A program made the translations under genes and the position numbers. Source: Steroidobacteraceae bacterium (GTDB lineage Bacteria; Pseudomonadota; Gammaproteobacteria; Steroidobacterales; Steroidobacteraceae). Taken from it: a stretch of DNA of 64,000 bases. The notes under the pieces are model-generated. The model was not told the DNA's origin, searched no databases, and saw only the letters and a program-made list of their open reading frames with translations. The DNA lies in the NCBI GenBank assembly GCA_036824505.1, contig DAITAA010000007.1, positions 6,677-70,676 of the forward strand. The letters run 5' to 3'. Shown here one piece after another: positions 1 through 7,983 of the stretch (position 1 is the stretch's first letter; the number at the start of each line of letters is the position of its first letter).

Positions 1-1
1 C

Positions 2-373
2 GAGGAATCCGGTGGCTTCTTCGTCGAGCCGACGGTGTTCGACGGCGTCAAGATGGACATGCGCATCGCGCGCGAGGAAGTATTCGGGCCGGTGCTTTCG
101 GCACTCACATTCAGGAGCCTCAATGAAGCCGTGAAGATGGCGAATGACGTCATGTACGGGTTGGCCGCGGCGGTCTGGACCCGGGACCTCGCGACCGCGC
201 ATCGCGTCGCCAAGTCGATCCGCGCCGGCACCGTATTCGTGAACTGCTATGACGCCGATGACATCACGGTGCCATTTGGCGGCTTCAAGCAGTCCGGCAA
301 TGGCCGCGACAAGTCGCTGCATGCGCTGCACAAGTACACCGAACTCAAGACGACCTGGATTGACCTCTCATGA
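2..373 (+). CDS. Aldehyde dehydrogenase family protein, C-terminal part (5' end outside window)
   Basis: The frame is open from the window edge to TGA at 371-373. The translation ...GGFFVEPTVFDGV..REEVFGPVL..VNCY..PFGGFKQSGNGRD.. carries the conserved ALDH C-terminal blocks. Confidence 0.85.
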   Translation, partial: EESGGFFVEPTVFDGVKMDMRIAREEVFGPVLSALTFRSLNEAVKMANDVMYGLAAAVWTRDLATAHRVAKSIRAGTVFVNCYDADDITVPFGGFKQSGNGRDKSLHALHKYTELKTTWIDLS

Positions 374-1239
374 AGATCACCGTGGCAGCCACGCAGATGG
401 CCTGCGGCTCCGATCGCACGGCCAATATCGCGAATGCCGAGCGCCTGATCCGCGAAGCGGCCAGCCGCGGCGCCAATGTGATCCTGATCCAGGAGTTGTT
501 CGAATCGCCGTACTTCTGCAAGGACCATCTGGCGAAGCATTTTGAACTCGCGACGCCCATTGCCGAGAATCCCGCGATCGCGCGGCTCTCGAAGGTCGCT
601 GCGGAACTGAAAGTCGTGTTGCCCGTGTCGGTGTTCGAGCGCGCGCACAATGCCTATTTCAATACGCTCGCGATGCTGGATGCCGACGGCAGCCTGCTCG
701 GCATCTATCGCAAGTCGCACATACCCGAAGGCCCCGGCTATCACGAGAAGTTCTATTTCTCGCCCGGAGACACGGGATTCAAGGCCTGGAAGACGCGCTT
801 CGGAACGCTGGGCGTCGCGGTCTGCTGGGACCAGTGGTTTCCGGAGGCTGCGCGCGCGATGGCGCTGATGGGCGCCGAAATCCTTCTCTATCCGACGGCA
901 ATTGGCTCCGAGCCGCAGGACCCCACGCTCGATTCGCGCTGGCACTGGCAACGGACGATGCAGGGTCATGCAGCGGCGAATGTCATGCCGCTGGTGGCCT
1001 CGAATCGCATCGGCAAGGAGCGTGGCGAGAAGGTCGAAATGACGTTCTACGGGCATTCATTCATCGCGGATCACACGGGTGAAGTGGTCGCGCAGGCCGA
1101 TGACCATAGCGAGCAGATTCTCACCGCGAGCTTTGATCTCGAGGCGATTCGCCGCTATCGCCATGCCTGGGGCGTGTTCCGCGACCGGCGCCCTGATCTG
1201 TACTCGCCGTTGCTGACTCTGGACGGTGCCGCCGATTGA
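370..1239 (+). CDS. aguB: N-carbamoylputrescine amidase (nitrilase superfamily)
   Basis: 289 aa with an ATGA overlap to the upstream stop. It aligns by eye end to end with AguB (VAATQMAC..., IQELFE.PYFC, YRKSHIP.GPGY.EKFYFSPGDTGFK.W, CWDQWFPE.AR, YPTAIGSEPQD, HWQ..MQGHA.AN). Confidence 0.85.
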   Translation: MKITVAATQMACGSDRTANIANAERLIREAASRGANVILIQELFESPYFCKDHLAKHFELATPIAENPAIARLSKVAAELKVVLPVSVFERAHNAYFNTLAMLDADGSLLGIYRKSHIPEGPGYHEKFYFSPGDTGFKAWKTRFGTLGVAVCWDQWFPEAARAMALMGAEILLYPTAIGSEPQDPTLDSRWHWQRTMQGHAAANVMPLVASNRIGKERGEKVEMTFYGHSFIADHTGEVVAQADDHSEQILTASFDLEAIRRYRHAWGVFRDRRPDLYSPLLTLDGAAD

Positions 1240-2632
1240 CGCTTTGCTTGCGGGCGAGCTCGCCTGCGTCGACCTCGAGACGACGGGTGGCAATGCCTTG
1301 CGCGATCGGGTCATCGAGGCGGGGGTCGTGCTGCTTTCCGGTGGCCGCGTCATCGACGAGTATTCGACGCTCGTCAATCCGGGCGTACGCATCCCCTATG
1401 CGATCCAGCAATTCACTGGCATCACCGAGGACATGGTGGCCGATGCGCCGCCGTTCGCCGCGGTCTGCGACGAGCTGCTGGCGCGGCTCGGCGGCCGGCT
1501 GTTCGTCGCGCACAACGCGCGCTTCGACTATGGCTTCCTGCGCGGCGAATTCCGGCGACTCGGCCGGCAATTCCGCGCACCCGTGCTCTGTACCGTCCGG
1601 CTATCCCGCGCGCTGACACCGGGCGAACGCCGCCACAACCTCGACGCTGTGATGGCACGCTATGGGATCGAATGCGCGGCGCGGCATCGCGCGCTCGGCG
1701 ATGCGCAGGTATTGGCGGAGCTGTTGCGCATCGCCCGGGAACGATGGCCGCCGGATGAGCTCAATGCAATCGTCGCCAGGTTGCTGCAGGCGCCGCGGCT
1801 GCCGCCACAGCTCGACGCGGGCCTCGTGGACGAGCTCCCCGAAGGACCCGGTGTCTACCTGTTCCACGGCGAGGGAGATGCGCTGCTCTACGTCGGCAAG
1901 GCGAAGAACATCCAGTCGCGCGTGCTGGCGCATTTCGCGGCGGATACGCGCTCACGCCGCGAACTGGAACTCTCGCGCCTGGTCCGGCGCGTCGAATGGA
2001 TCGCGACGGCCGGCGAATTCGGCGCGCTGATCACCGAGGCGCGCCTGATCAAGGAGCGCCGGCCGCTCTTGAATCGCCAGCTACGCGCAAGCCCCGCTCT
2101 CTGGGTCATACGATTCGGTGACGACGCCGGGGGCGTGCGCGCAAGCATCGGCGAACTGGATCCCGGCGCGGACACGGGCGAGAGCTACGGGATGTTCCGC
2201 AGCCGCGGCGATGCCGAGCGGGCTCTCAAGGGCATTGTTCGCGATCAGGAGCTTTGCGCGAAGCGGCTGGGACTCGAATCGGGTGACGGATCCTGTTTTG
2301 CCTATCAGCTCGGACAATGCCGCGGCGCTTGCGTCGGTCAGGAGCCGGAACCAGTGCACGCGATCCGCGTGCGTCTGGCGTTTGCGCGCCTGAAGCGCCG
2401 CGACTGGCCATTCGCGGGCCGGATCGGCATCCGCGAACGCGACTGGAGCGGCGTCGAGGACATACATGTCTTCGACCGCTGGTGCTACCAGGGAAGCTAT
2501 CACGGCGGCGTTGAACCGGAAGGGCTCGAGCGCGGCCGTGGACTCTTTGATCAGGACATCTATCGGATCCTGTTGCGCACCCTGGAGCGGCCGGTCCGCG
2601 GCCTGCAGATGATCGAGCTCGATCGATCGTGA
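1226..2632 (+). CDS. DnaQ-like DEDDh 3'-5' exonuclease fused to a GIY-YIG / UvrC-homology (Cho-type) nuclease domain
   Basis: 468 aa with a GTG start at 1226. The N-terminus has CVDLETTG...FVAHNARFDYGFL...HRALGDA (exonuclease ExoI-III motifs). The centre has GPGVYLFHG..LLYVGKAKNIQSRV (GIY-YIG). The start codon is uncertain. Confidence 0.7.
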   Translation: MPPIDALLAGELACVDLETTGGNALRDRVIEAGVVLLSGGRVIDEYSTLVNPGVRIPYAIQQFTGITEDMVADAPPFAAVCDELLARLGGRLFVAHNARFDYGFLRGEFRRLGRQFRAPVLCTVRLSRALTPGERRHNLDAVMARYGIECAARHRALGDAQVLAELLRIARERWPPDELNAIVARLLQAPRLPPQLDAGLVDELPEGPGVYLFHGEGDALLYVGKAKNIQSRVLAHFAADTRSRRELELSRLVRRVEWIATAGEFGALITEARLIKERRPLLNRQLRASPALWVIRFGDDAGGVRASIGELDPGADTGESYGMFRSRGDAERALKGIVRDQELCAKRLGLESGDGSCFAYQLGQCRGACVGQEPEPVHAIRVRLAFARLKRRDWPFAGRIGIRERDWSGVEDIHVFDRWCYQGSYHGGVEPEGLERGRGLFDQDIYRILLRTLERPVRGLQMIELDRS

Positions 2633-4815
2633 CGACAAATCCTGTTTTCGTCACGGCGGCAACCGGCACGGCCGATCTGCTGGTGGCCGAGCTCGGAGCA
2701 ATCGGCATCGGCAATGCGCGCGAAGCGCAGGGCGGCGCCACCTGCACGGCGACCCTTGCCGATGCCTATCGTGCCTGCCTCTGGTCCCGCGTCGGCCTGC
2801 GCGTGCTGTGGCGCATTGCGGAATTTCCGGTGGCGAATGAGGGCGGGCTGTATGACGGCGTCCGCACCGTGGACTGGTCGGAGCACATGAGCCAGACGGA
2901 TACGCTCGCCGTCGACTTTTCCGGCAGCGTGCCCGGAATCGACCACACGCAGTTCGGCGCCCAGCGCGTCAAGGATGCGATCGTCGACCAGTTCCGCGAC
3001 AAGACCGGGGAGCGGCCGTCGGTGGATCGCGCGGCGCCTACGCTCCGCATCAATGTGCACGTCGGGCGCGGCACGGCCGTCGTCGCCATCGATCTCTCCG
3101 GCGACAGCCTTCACCGGCGCGGCTATCGCGGCGGACAGGGCGCCGCACCGCTCAAGGAGCATCTGGCGGCCGCGATCCTGTTGCGCGCCGGCTGGCAGTC
3201 GATCGCGGAAGCAGGCGGTTATTTCGTCGATCCGCTCTGCGGTTCCGGCACGCTGCCGATCGAAGCGGCGCTGGTCGCCGCCGGCATTGCGCCGGGGCTC
3301 ACGCGCGCGCGTTTTGGCTTTGAGCGCTGGCGCCGGCACGATGCGGCGCTGTGGCGCGACTTGCGCGCGGAGGCGGCATCACGCGGTTCAGCGGATCGCA
3401 TTGCACCCGGGCGCATCCGTGGCTACGACCGCGATCCGTTCGTGTTGAAGGATGCCGAAGCGAATGCCATCCGTGCAGGACTCGGTGACCGCATTGCATT
3501 CACTCGTTGTGAACTTGCCGCGCTTCCGAAGGCGCCTGCGCCATCCGGTCTGATCGCGGTCAATCCACCCTATGGCGAACGGCTTGGCGAGACCGAGGAG
3601 TTGCGCCAGCTGTATGCGCTGCTCGGTGCGCGGATGCGCGAGGGCTATCTCGGTTGGGAAGCGGCGGTCTTCACCGGCAATCCGGCGCTCGGGCGCGAGC
3701 TTGGAATCAATGCGCGGCGCACGCACCGCATGATGAACGGGCCGATCGAGTGCCGGCTGCTGCGGATCAGGATCGAGCCGGCAGAATTCGACCGACCTCA
3801 TGAACCGGGCCGGCCGCCGCCCATCGACGCGGAAGCGGCGCGTGCCCGGCCCGGCGCGCAGATGTTCGGGAATCGCCTGCGCAAGAATTTCAAGGCGCGC
3901 TCCCGCTGGGCGCGCAGGGAGGCGGTCTCCTGCTATCGCCTCTACGACGCCGATATGCCGGAGTACGCATTCGCGATCGACCTCTATCAATCGGATCCGC
4001 AGGGATCCGGCGGCCGTTGGCTGTACGTGCAGGAATACGCGCCGCCGGCCACGGTGGACCGCGCGAATGCCCGGGCGCGACGCGAAGAGGCGCTGTCCAT
4101 GATCCCCGAAGTGACCGGATTGCCGGCGGAGGCGATCTACTGGCGTACGCGGCGGCCGCAGAAAGGCGGCGGACAATACGAGGCGCTCGACGACAGCCGC
4201 GAGCGCGTCGTCGTTGAGGAGGCCGGGCTGAAATTCCTGGTCAATTTCACCGACTACCTCGATACCGGACTGTTCCTCGACCACCGCATGACGCGCGCGC
4301 GCATCCGCGACGCCGCGAGGGGCGGGCGATTCCTGAACCTGTTCTGCTATACGGGCGCGGCAAGCGTGTATGCGGCGGCGGGCGGCGCGCGGACCACGAA
4401 ATCCGTCGACATGTCGCGCACCTACCTCGACTGGGCGCGCGCCAATATGGAGATCAACGGCTTTCGCGGCGAGGTCCACCGTTTCGTGCAGGCCGACTGC
4501 CTGCAATGGCTCGACGAGGATGACGGCGAGCGCTACGACCTGCTATTCCTGGATCCACCGACATTCTCGAACTCGAAACGGATGGAGCGGGAATTCGACG
4601 TGCAGCGCGATCATGTTGCGCTGGTCCGTTCGGCCCTCGCACGGCTCGCGCCGGATGGGCTGCTGCTGTTCTCGACAAACTTCCGGAAGTTCAGGCTGGA
4701 CGCGGATGCGCTGAAGGATGTTGCGGTTACCGACATCACGCAGCAGACCATTCCACAGGATTTCGAGCGCGACCAGCGCGCTCATCACTGCTTCGAGATC
4801 CGCCTGGCGCCCTGA
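2629..4815 (+). CDS. rlmL: Bifunctional 23S rRNA methyltransferase RlmKL (m2G2445 / m7G2069)
   Basis: 728 aa with a GTGA overlap to the upstream gene. It has a THUMP-like N-terminus, two SAM-methyltransferase cores (DPLCGSGTL, NPPYGERL; LNLFCYTG..., DPPTFSNSK) and the size typical of RlmL. Confidence 0.85.
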   Translation: MTTNPVFVTAATGTADLLVAELGAIGIGNAREAQGGATCTATLADAYRACLWSRVGLRVLWRIAEFPVANEGGLYDGVRTVDWSEHMSQTDTLAVDFSGSVPGIDHTQFGAQRVKDAIVDQFRDKTGERPSVDRAAPTLRINVHVGRGTAVVAIDLSGDSLHRRGYRGGQGAAPLKEHLAAAILLRAGWQSIAEAGGYFVDPLCGSGTLPIEAALVAAGIAPGLTRARFGFERWRRHDAALWRDLRAEAASRGSADRIAPGRIRGYDRDPFVLKDAEANAIRAGLGDRIAFTRCELAALPKAPAPSGLIAVNPPYGERLGETEELRQLYALLGARMREGYLGWEAAVFTGNPALGRELGINARRTHRMMNGPIECRLLRIRIEPAEFDRPHEPGRPPPIDAEAARARPGAQMFGNRLRKNFKARSRWARREAVSCYRLYDADMPEYAFAIDLYQSDPQGSGGRWLYVQEYAPPATVDRANARARREEALSMIPEVTGLPAEAIYWRTRRPQKGGGQYEALDDSRERVVVEEAGLKFLVNFTDYLDTGLFLDHRMTRARIRDAARGGRFLNLFCYTGAASVYAAAGGARTTKSVDMSRTYLDWARANMEINGFRGEVHRFVQADCLQWLDEDDGERYDLLFLDPPTFSNSKRMEREFDVQRDHVALVRSALARLAPDGLLLFSTNFRKFRLDADALKDVAVTDITQQTIPQDFERDQRAHHCFEIRLAP

Positions 4816-5829
4816 TCAGGCACGCTTCTGAAGCAGACGAGTGCGCAGATACATCGCTGCGCCGAGCAGTCCCGGCGTGGCATGCGTGATCACCCCGATC
4901 GTGGCGGACTCGACATAGGCGGCCATGCGGCCCTTGGCGAGGAAGCGTTCGCGAAACGCGCTGCTGCGCAGGAACGGGATGAAGCGCGGCACGATGCCGC
5001 CCGCGATCATGACCGTGCGTGCGCCGTGGATCAGCGCCGCATCGCCGGCGACGCTGCCGAGCACGGCGCAAAAGCGGGCAAGCGCGCGGCGCGCGACGAG
5101 GTCGTGGCCGGCGAGCGCGGCGTCGACGATCGCGGCCGGATCGCGGAACGTCGCGCGCTGGTCGGCCGCCCGGGAGAGGTCGCCAGCGGACGCCAGTGCG
5201 GCATCGATGTGCGACAGCCCGGTACCGCTCAGCAGGCGCTCGTTCGAGACGCGGTCGAATCGTGCATTGAGCCACGCCGCAATCTGCTTCTCTTCCTCGC
5301 CGAGCGGCGCGAAACTGACATGTCCCCCTTCGGTTTCGACCACGTTCCAGCCGCGTGCGGCGTCCCCGGTCAGCAACGCAACACCGAAGCCAGTACCAGG
5401 CCCAAGCACGCTGACGGGACTGGATGGCGGCACGCGGTACTCGCCGTGCAGTGTCTCGACATCGGCCGGCGCGAGTGCCGGCACCGCCCAGGCGACGGCG
5501 CCGAAGTCGTTCAGCACGTCGAGCGCGTCCAGACCGAGGCTCTTCTGCAGTTCGCGCCGGCTGAATGACCAGGCGCGATTGGTCAGGCGGATCTCGTCGC
5601 CGCCGCCCGGCGATGCGACCGCGATTGCCGCGCGCGTGGGCTTCTCGCCGACGCTTTCGAGGTAGTACTCGGCCGCGTGCTGCAGGCTCGCGAATTCGGC
5701 ACAAGGCAGCGAGCGCTGCTGCGAAAGGGGCATTGCCCCACTTTGCAGATTGGCCAGGGCAAAGCGCGCGTTGGTACCGCCGATGTCGGCGACCATCGCG
5801 AGCGGCGCACGCCTGGAGCCCGCAGTCAT
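4816..5829 (-). CDS. glk: Glucokinase
   Basis: 337 aa. MVADIGGTNARFAL at the N-terminus and overall Glk architecture. The ATG at 5829 overlaps the GH97 stop (ATGA). Confidence 0.85.
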   Translation of the reverse strand: MTAGSRRAPLAMVADIGGTNARFALANLQSGAMPLSQQRSLPCAEFASLQHAAEYYLESVGEKPTRAAIAVASPGGGDEIRLTNRAWSFSRRELQKSLGLDALDVLNDFGAVAWAVPALAPADVETLHGEYRVPPSSPVSVLGPGTGFGVALLTGDAARGWNVVETEGGHVSFAPLGEEEKQIAAWLNARFDRVSNERLLSGTGLSHIDAALASAGDLSRAADQRATFRDPAAIVDAALAGHDLVARRALARFCAVLGSVAGDAALIHGARTVMIAGGIVPRFIPFLRSSAFRERFLAKGRMAAYVESATIGVITHATPGLLGAAMYLRTRLLQKRA

Positions 5830-7868
5830 GGTCCATCCGCCGCGGCGGCGAAGCGGATCGCCTGGCCGCCGCCGGGCGCCAGTGCGAGCTCCCAGACGTC
5901 GCCGTGCTTCGCTGCCCGGGTCTCTAGCACGATCGAATGGGCATTGGTCTTCCAGTCCGCGTCGTCGCCGTCGCGGTAGACCTGCGCGGTATAGCTGCGG
6001 CCGGGGTCCAGGAAATCGAGCGGAACGCGCAGGCGGCGCGCCTGTTCGTCAGTCACGCTGCCCAGATACCAGTCCTCGCTGTTGCGGTCCTTGCGTGCGA
6101 TCGTGGCGCAGTCGCCGACTTCGCCGTTCAGCACGCGGGTATCGGCCCAGTCCACCGGTACGTCGCGGATGAACCGGAACGGTCCGGGGTACTTCGCGTA
6201 GTTCTCCGGCAGGTCGGCCGCCATCTGGATCGGACTATAGATCACCACGTAGAGCGCCAGCTGCTTTGCGATCGTCGACTGGATCGGCTGGCCGCCACGG
6301 CCGACCAGACTCAGCACGCCGGGCGTGAAATCCATCGGGCCGGCCAGCATGCGCGTGAAGACGAGATTTGCCTCGTGCTCGGGCGGGTTTGGCGGATTGC
6401 CCCAGGCGTTGTACTCCATGCCGCGCGCGCCCTCGCGCGCAACCCAGTTGGGATAGGTGCGCCTCAAGCCCGTGTCCTTGATCGGCTCGTGCGGGTTGAC
6501 CATGATGTGGCGCTTCGCTGCCTCGGTCACCACTTTGAGATGGTGCCGCGACATCACCTGGCCATCGTGCCATTCGTAGCGGATCGCACCATCGGGGCCA
6601 CGGGCCTTGACGCCGCCGGCATCGGCGACATATCCCGTCTTGACGCTGTCGACGCCGAGGCGCGCGTAAAGGTCGAGCGCGTCCGCGAGCTGATCCTCGT
6701 AGTGGGCAATGAATCCCGATGTCTCGTGATGGCCGATCAGGTGCACGCCGCGCTCGCGGGCATAGGCCGCGACCGCGGCAAGATCGAAGTCCGGATACGG
6801 TTCGGTAAAGCTGAAGGAACTGCCATCGGCGAACCAGTCGCCGTCCCAGCCCTTGTTCCAGCCCTCGATCAGTACGCCACGGAATCCGTTCTCCGCCGCA
6901 AAATCGATATAGCGCTTCGCATGCTCCGTCGTCGCACCATGCAGCGGTCCCGAAGCCCAGGTCTCGGTGCCGAGGTGCAGGCTCCACCAGATGCCGACAT
7001 ACTTGAACGGCCGGACCCAGGAGACGTCACCCAGTGCGTTCGGCTCGTTGAGATTCAGGATCAGGTCGGACATGTAGAGGCCGGCAGCGCTGTCGGCGAT
7101 CTGCAGCGTGCGCCACGGCGTCGTGAAAGGAGCGGTGCGGCGCACGCGGGCGCCGTCGGCAGACGGAGAAAGCGTCGATTTGAGGCGCTGGCCGTCGACC
7201 CGACGCAGCCACATCGAAGCGTAGTCGACCAGGGCGGCCTCGTGGATCGCGATATGCAGGCCGGTCTCCGAGCGCATGGTCAGCGGCGTATGGGCCTGGC
7301 CCAGCTCGGGCAGTGGCGTCCGGCGGTAAAGGTATTCGTAGCGGTTCCATTCACCGGCAGGGATCCACCACGCCGTCGCGGGCTCGACCACGTCGAATTC
7401 GGTCAGCTCGTCGGCAATGTTCACCTGTTTGAGCCCCGCCTGGTCCGGGAATTCGTAGCGGAAACCCACCCCGTCGTCGTACACGCGAAAGACGATTTCC
7501 AGGCTGCGCTTGAGCGCCGTCTTTTCCCGGAGGCGGACCCGCAATTCATTGAACACGTTGCGAACGAAGCGGCGCTCACCCCAGGGCTGCTCCCAGGTCT
7601 CGTCGACGCTGCGCGTGCGGCTGTCCGTCAGCTCGAAATTGCGTTCGAGTTTCGGCGCGTCGGTCAGCAGGAAGCCGAGGCGGGACTCCTCGATGATCGG
7701 CTTGCCGTTGCGATCGATGGTGTAGCCGGGCCGGCCCTCGCCGTTGATTGTTATCGTTACCGTCAGCGTGCCGCCCGGGGAGGACACCCTGGCAACGGGT
7801 TCGGCGTTGGCAGCGGCGCACAGTACCCAGGCCAGAGTGTACAGAAACCACAAATGGCAGCGATGCAT
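5826..7868 (-). CDS. Glycoside hydrolase family 97 (SusB-type alpha-glucosidase), secreted
   Basis: 680 aa with an N-terminal signal peptide. The N-domain parallels SusB (SPGG.L.V.....G.P.Y....NGK..IE.SRLG....DETWEQPWGE....N.YNEL.V.L.....R...I.FR.YDDGVGFRYEFP.Q). Confidence 0.85.
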   Translation of the reverse strand: MHRCHLWFLYTLAWVLCAAANAEPVARVSSPGGTLTVTITINGEGRPGYTIDRNGKPIIEESRLGFLLTDAPKLERNFELTDSRTRSVDETWEQPWGERRFVRNVFNELRVRLREKTALKRSLEIVFRVYDDGVGFRYEFPDQAGLKQVNIADELTEFDVVEPATAWWIPAGEWNRYEYLYRRTPLPELGQAHTPLTMRSETGLHIAIHEAALVDYASMWLRRVDGQRLKSTLSPSADGARVRRTAPFTTPWRTLQIADSAAGLYMSDLILNLNEPNALGDVSWVRPFKYVGIWWSLHLGTETWASGPLHGATTEHAKRYIDFAAENGFRGVLIEGWNKGWDGDWFADGSSFSFTEPYPDFDLAAVAAYARERGVHLIGHHETSGFIAHYEDQLADALDLYARLGVDSVKTGYVADAGGVKARGPDGAIRYEWHDGQVMSRHHLKVVTEAAKRHIMVNPHEPIKDTGLRRTYPNWVAREGARGMEYNAWGNPPNPPEHEANLVFTRMLAGPMDFTPGVLSLVGRGGQPIQSTIAKQLALYVVIYSPIQMAADLPENYAKYPGPFRFIRDVPVDWADTRVLNGEVGDCATIARKDRNSEDWYLGSVTDEQARRLRVPLDFLDPGRSYTAQVYRDGDDADWKTNAHSIVLETRAAKHGDVWELALAPGGGQAIRFAAAADGP

Positions 7869-7895
7869 ATGCAGCTATTATCCCGTACGGTCGGA

Positions 7896-7909
7896 TGTAT
7901 ACGTATGCA
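7896..7909. promoter_or_regulatory. Candidate LacI-type operator TGTATACGTATGCA (13/14 palindrome, central CG)
   Basis: It lies in the 115-nt divergent region between GH97 and the TBDR. It shares the 11-mer ATACGTATGCA with the site at 14754..14767. Confidence 0.35.
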
Positions 7910-7983
7910 GTGTATTGCGGCCGCAACTACCGCTGCCTAACATCATCGGAATCCGGGGACCGAATTCATCTAAGGGGGATCCA

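Noticed and set aside
4736-5836. 366-aa minus-strand ORF
   Set aside because: It is an alternative frame over glk with an Arg-rich translation. The glk frame carries the ATP-binding DIGGTN motif.
7864-7873. Perfect 10-bp palindrome TGCATATGCA
   Set aside because: It overlaps the GH97 start codon and lacks the central CG of the other candidate operators. A similar ATGCAATGCAGC occurs at about 54957, but I cannot distinguish this from chance.
5937-7940. 667-aa plus-strand ORF
   Set aside because: It is entirely antisense to the well-supported GH97 gene. Its Arg/Ala/Gly-rich, low-complexity translation is typical of shadow ORFs in high-GC DNA, and it has no recognisable motifs.
7744-7983. 80-codon N-terminal extension of the TBDR ORF
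   Set aside because: It overlaps the GH97 coding region and start. The ATG at 7984 has a strong RBS and is followed directly by a signal peptide.
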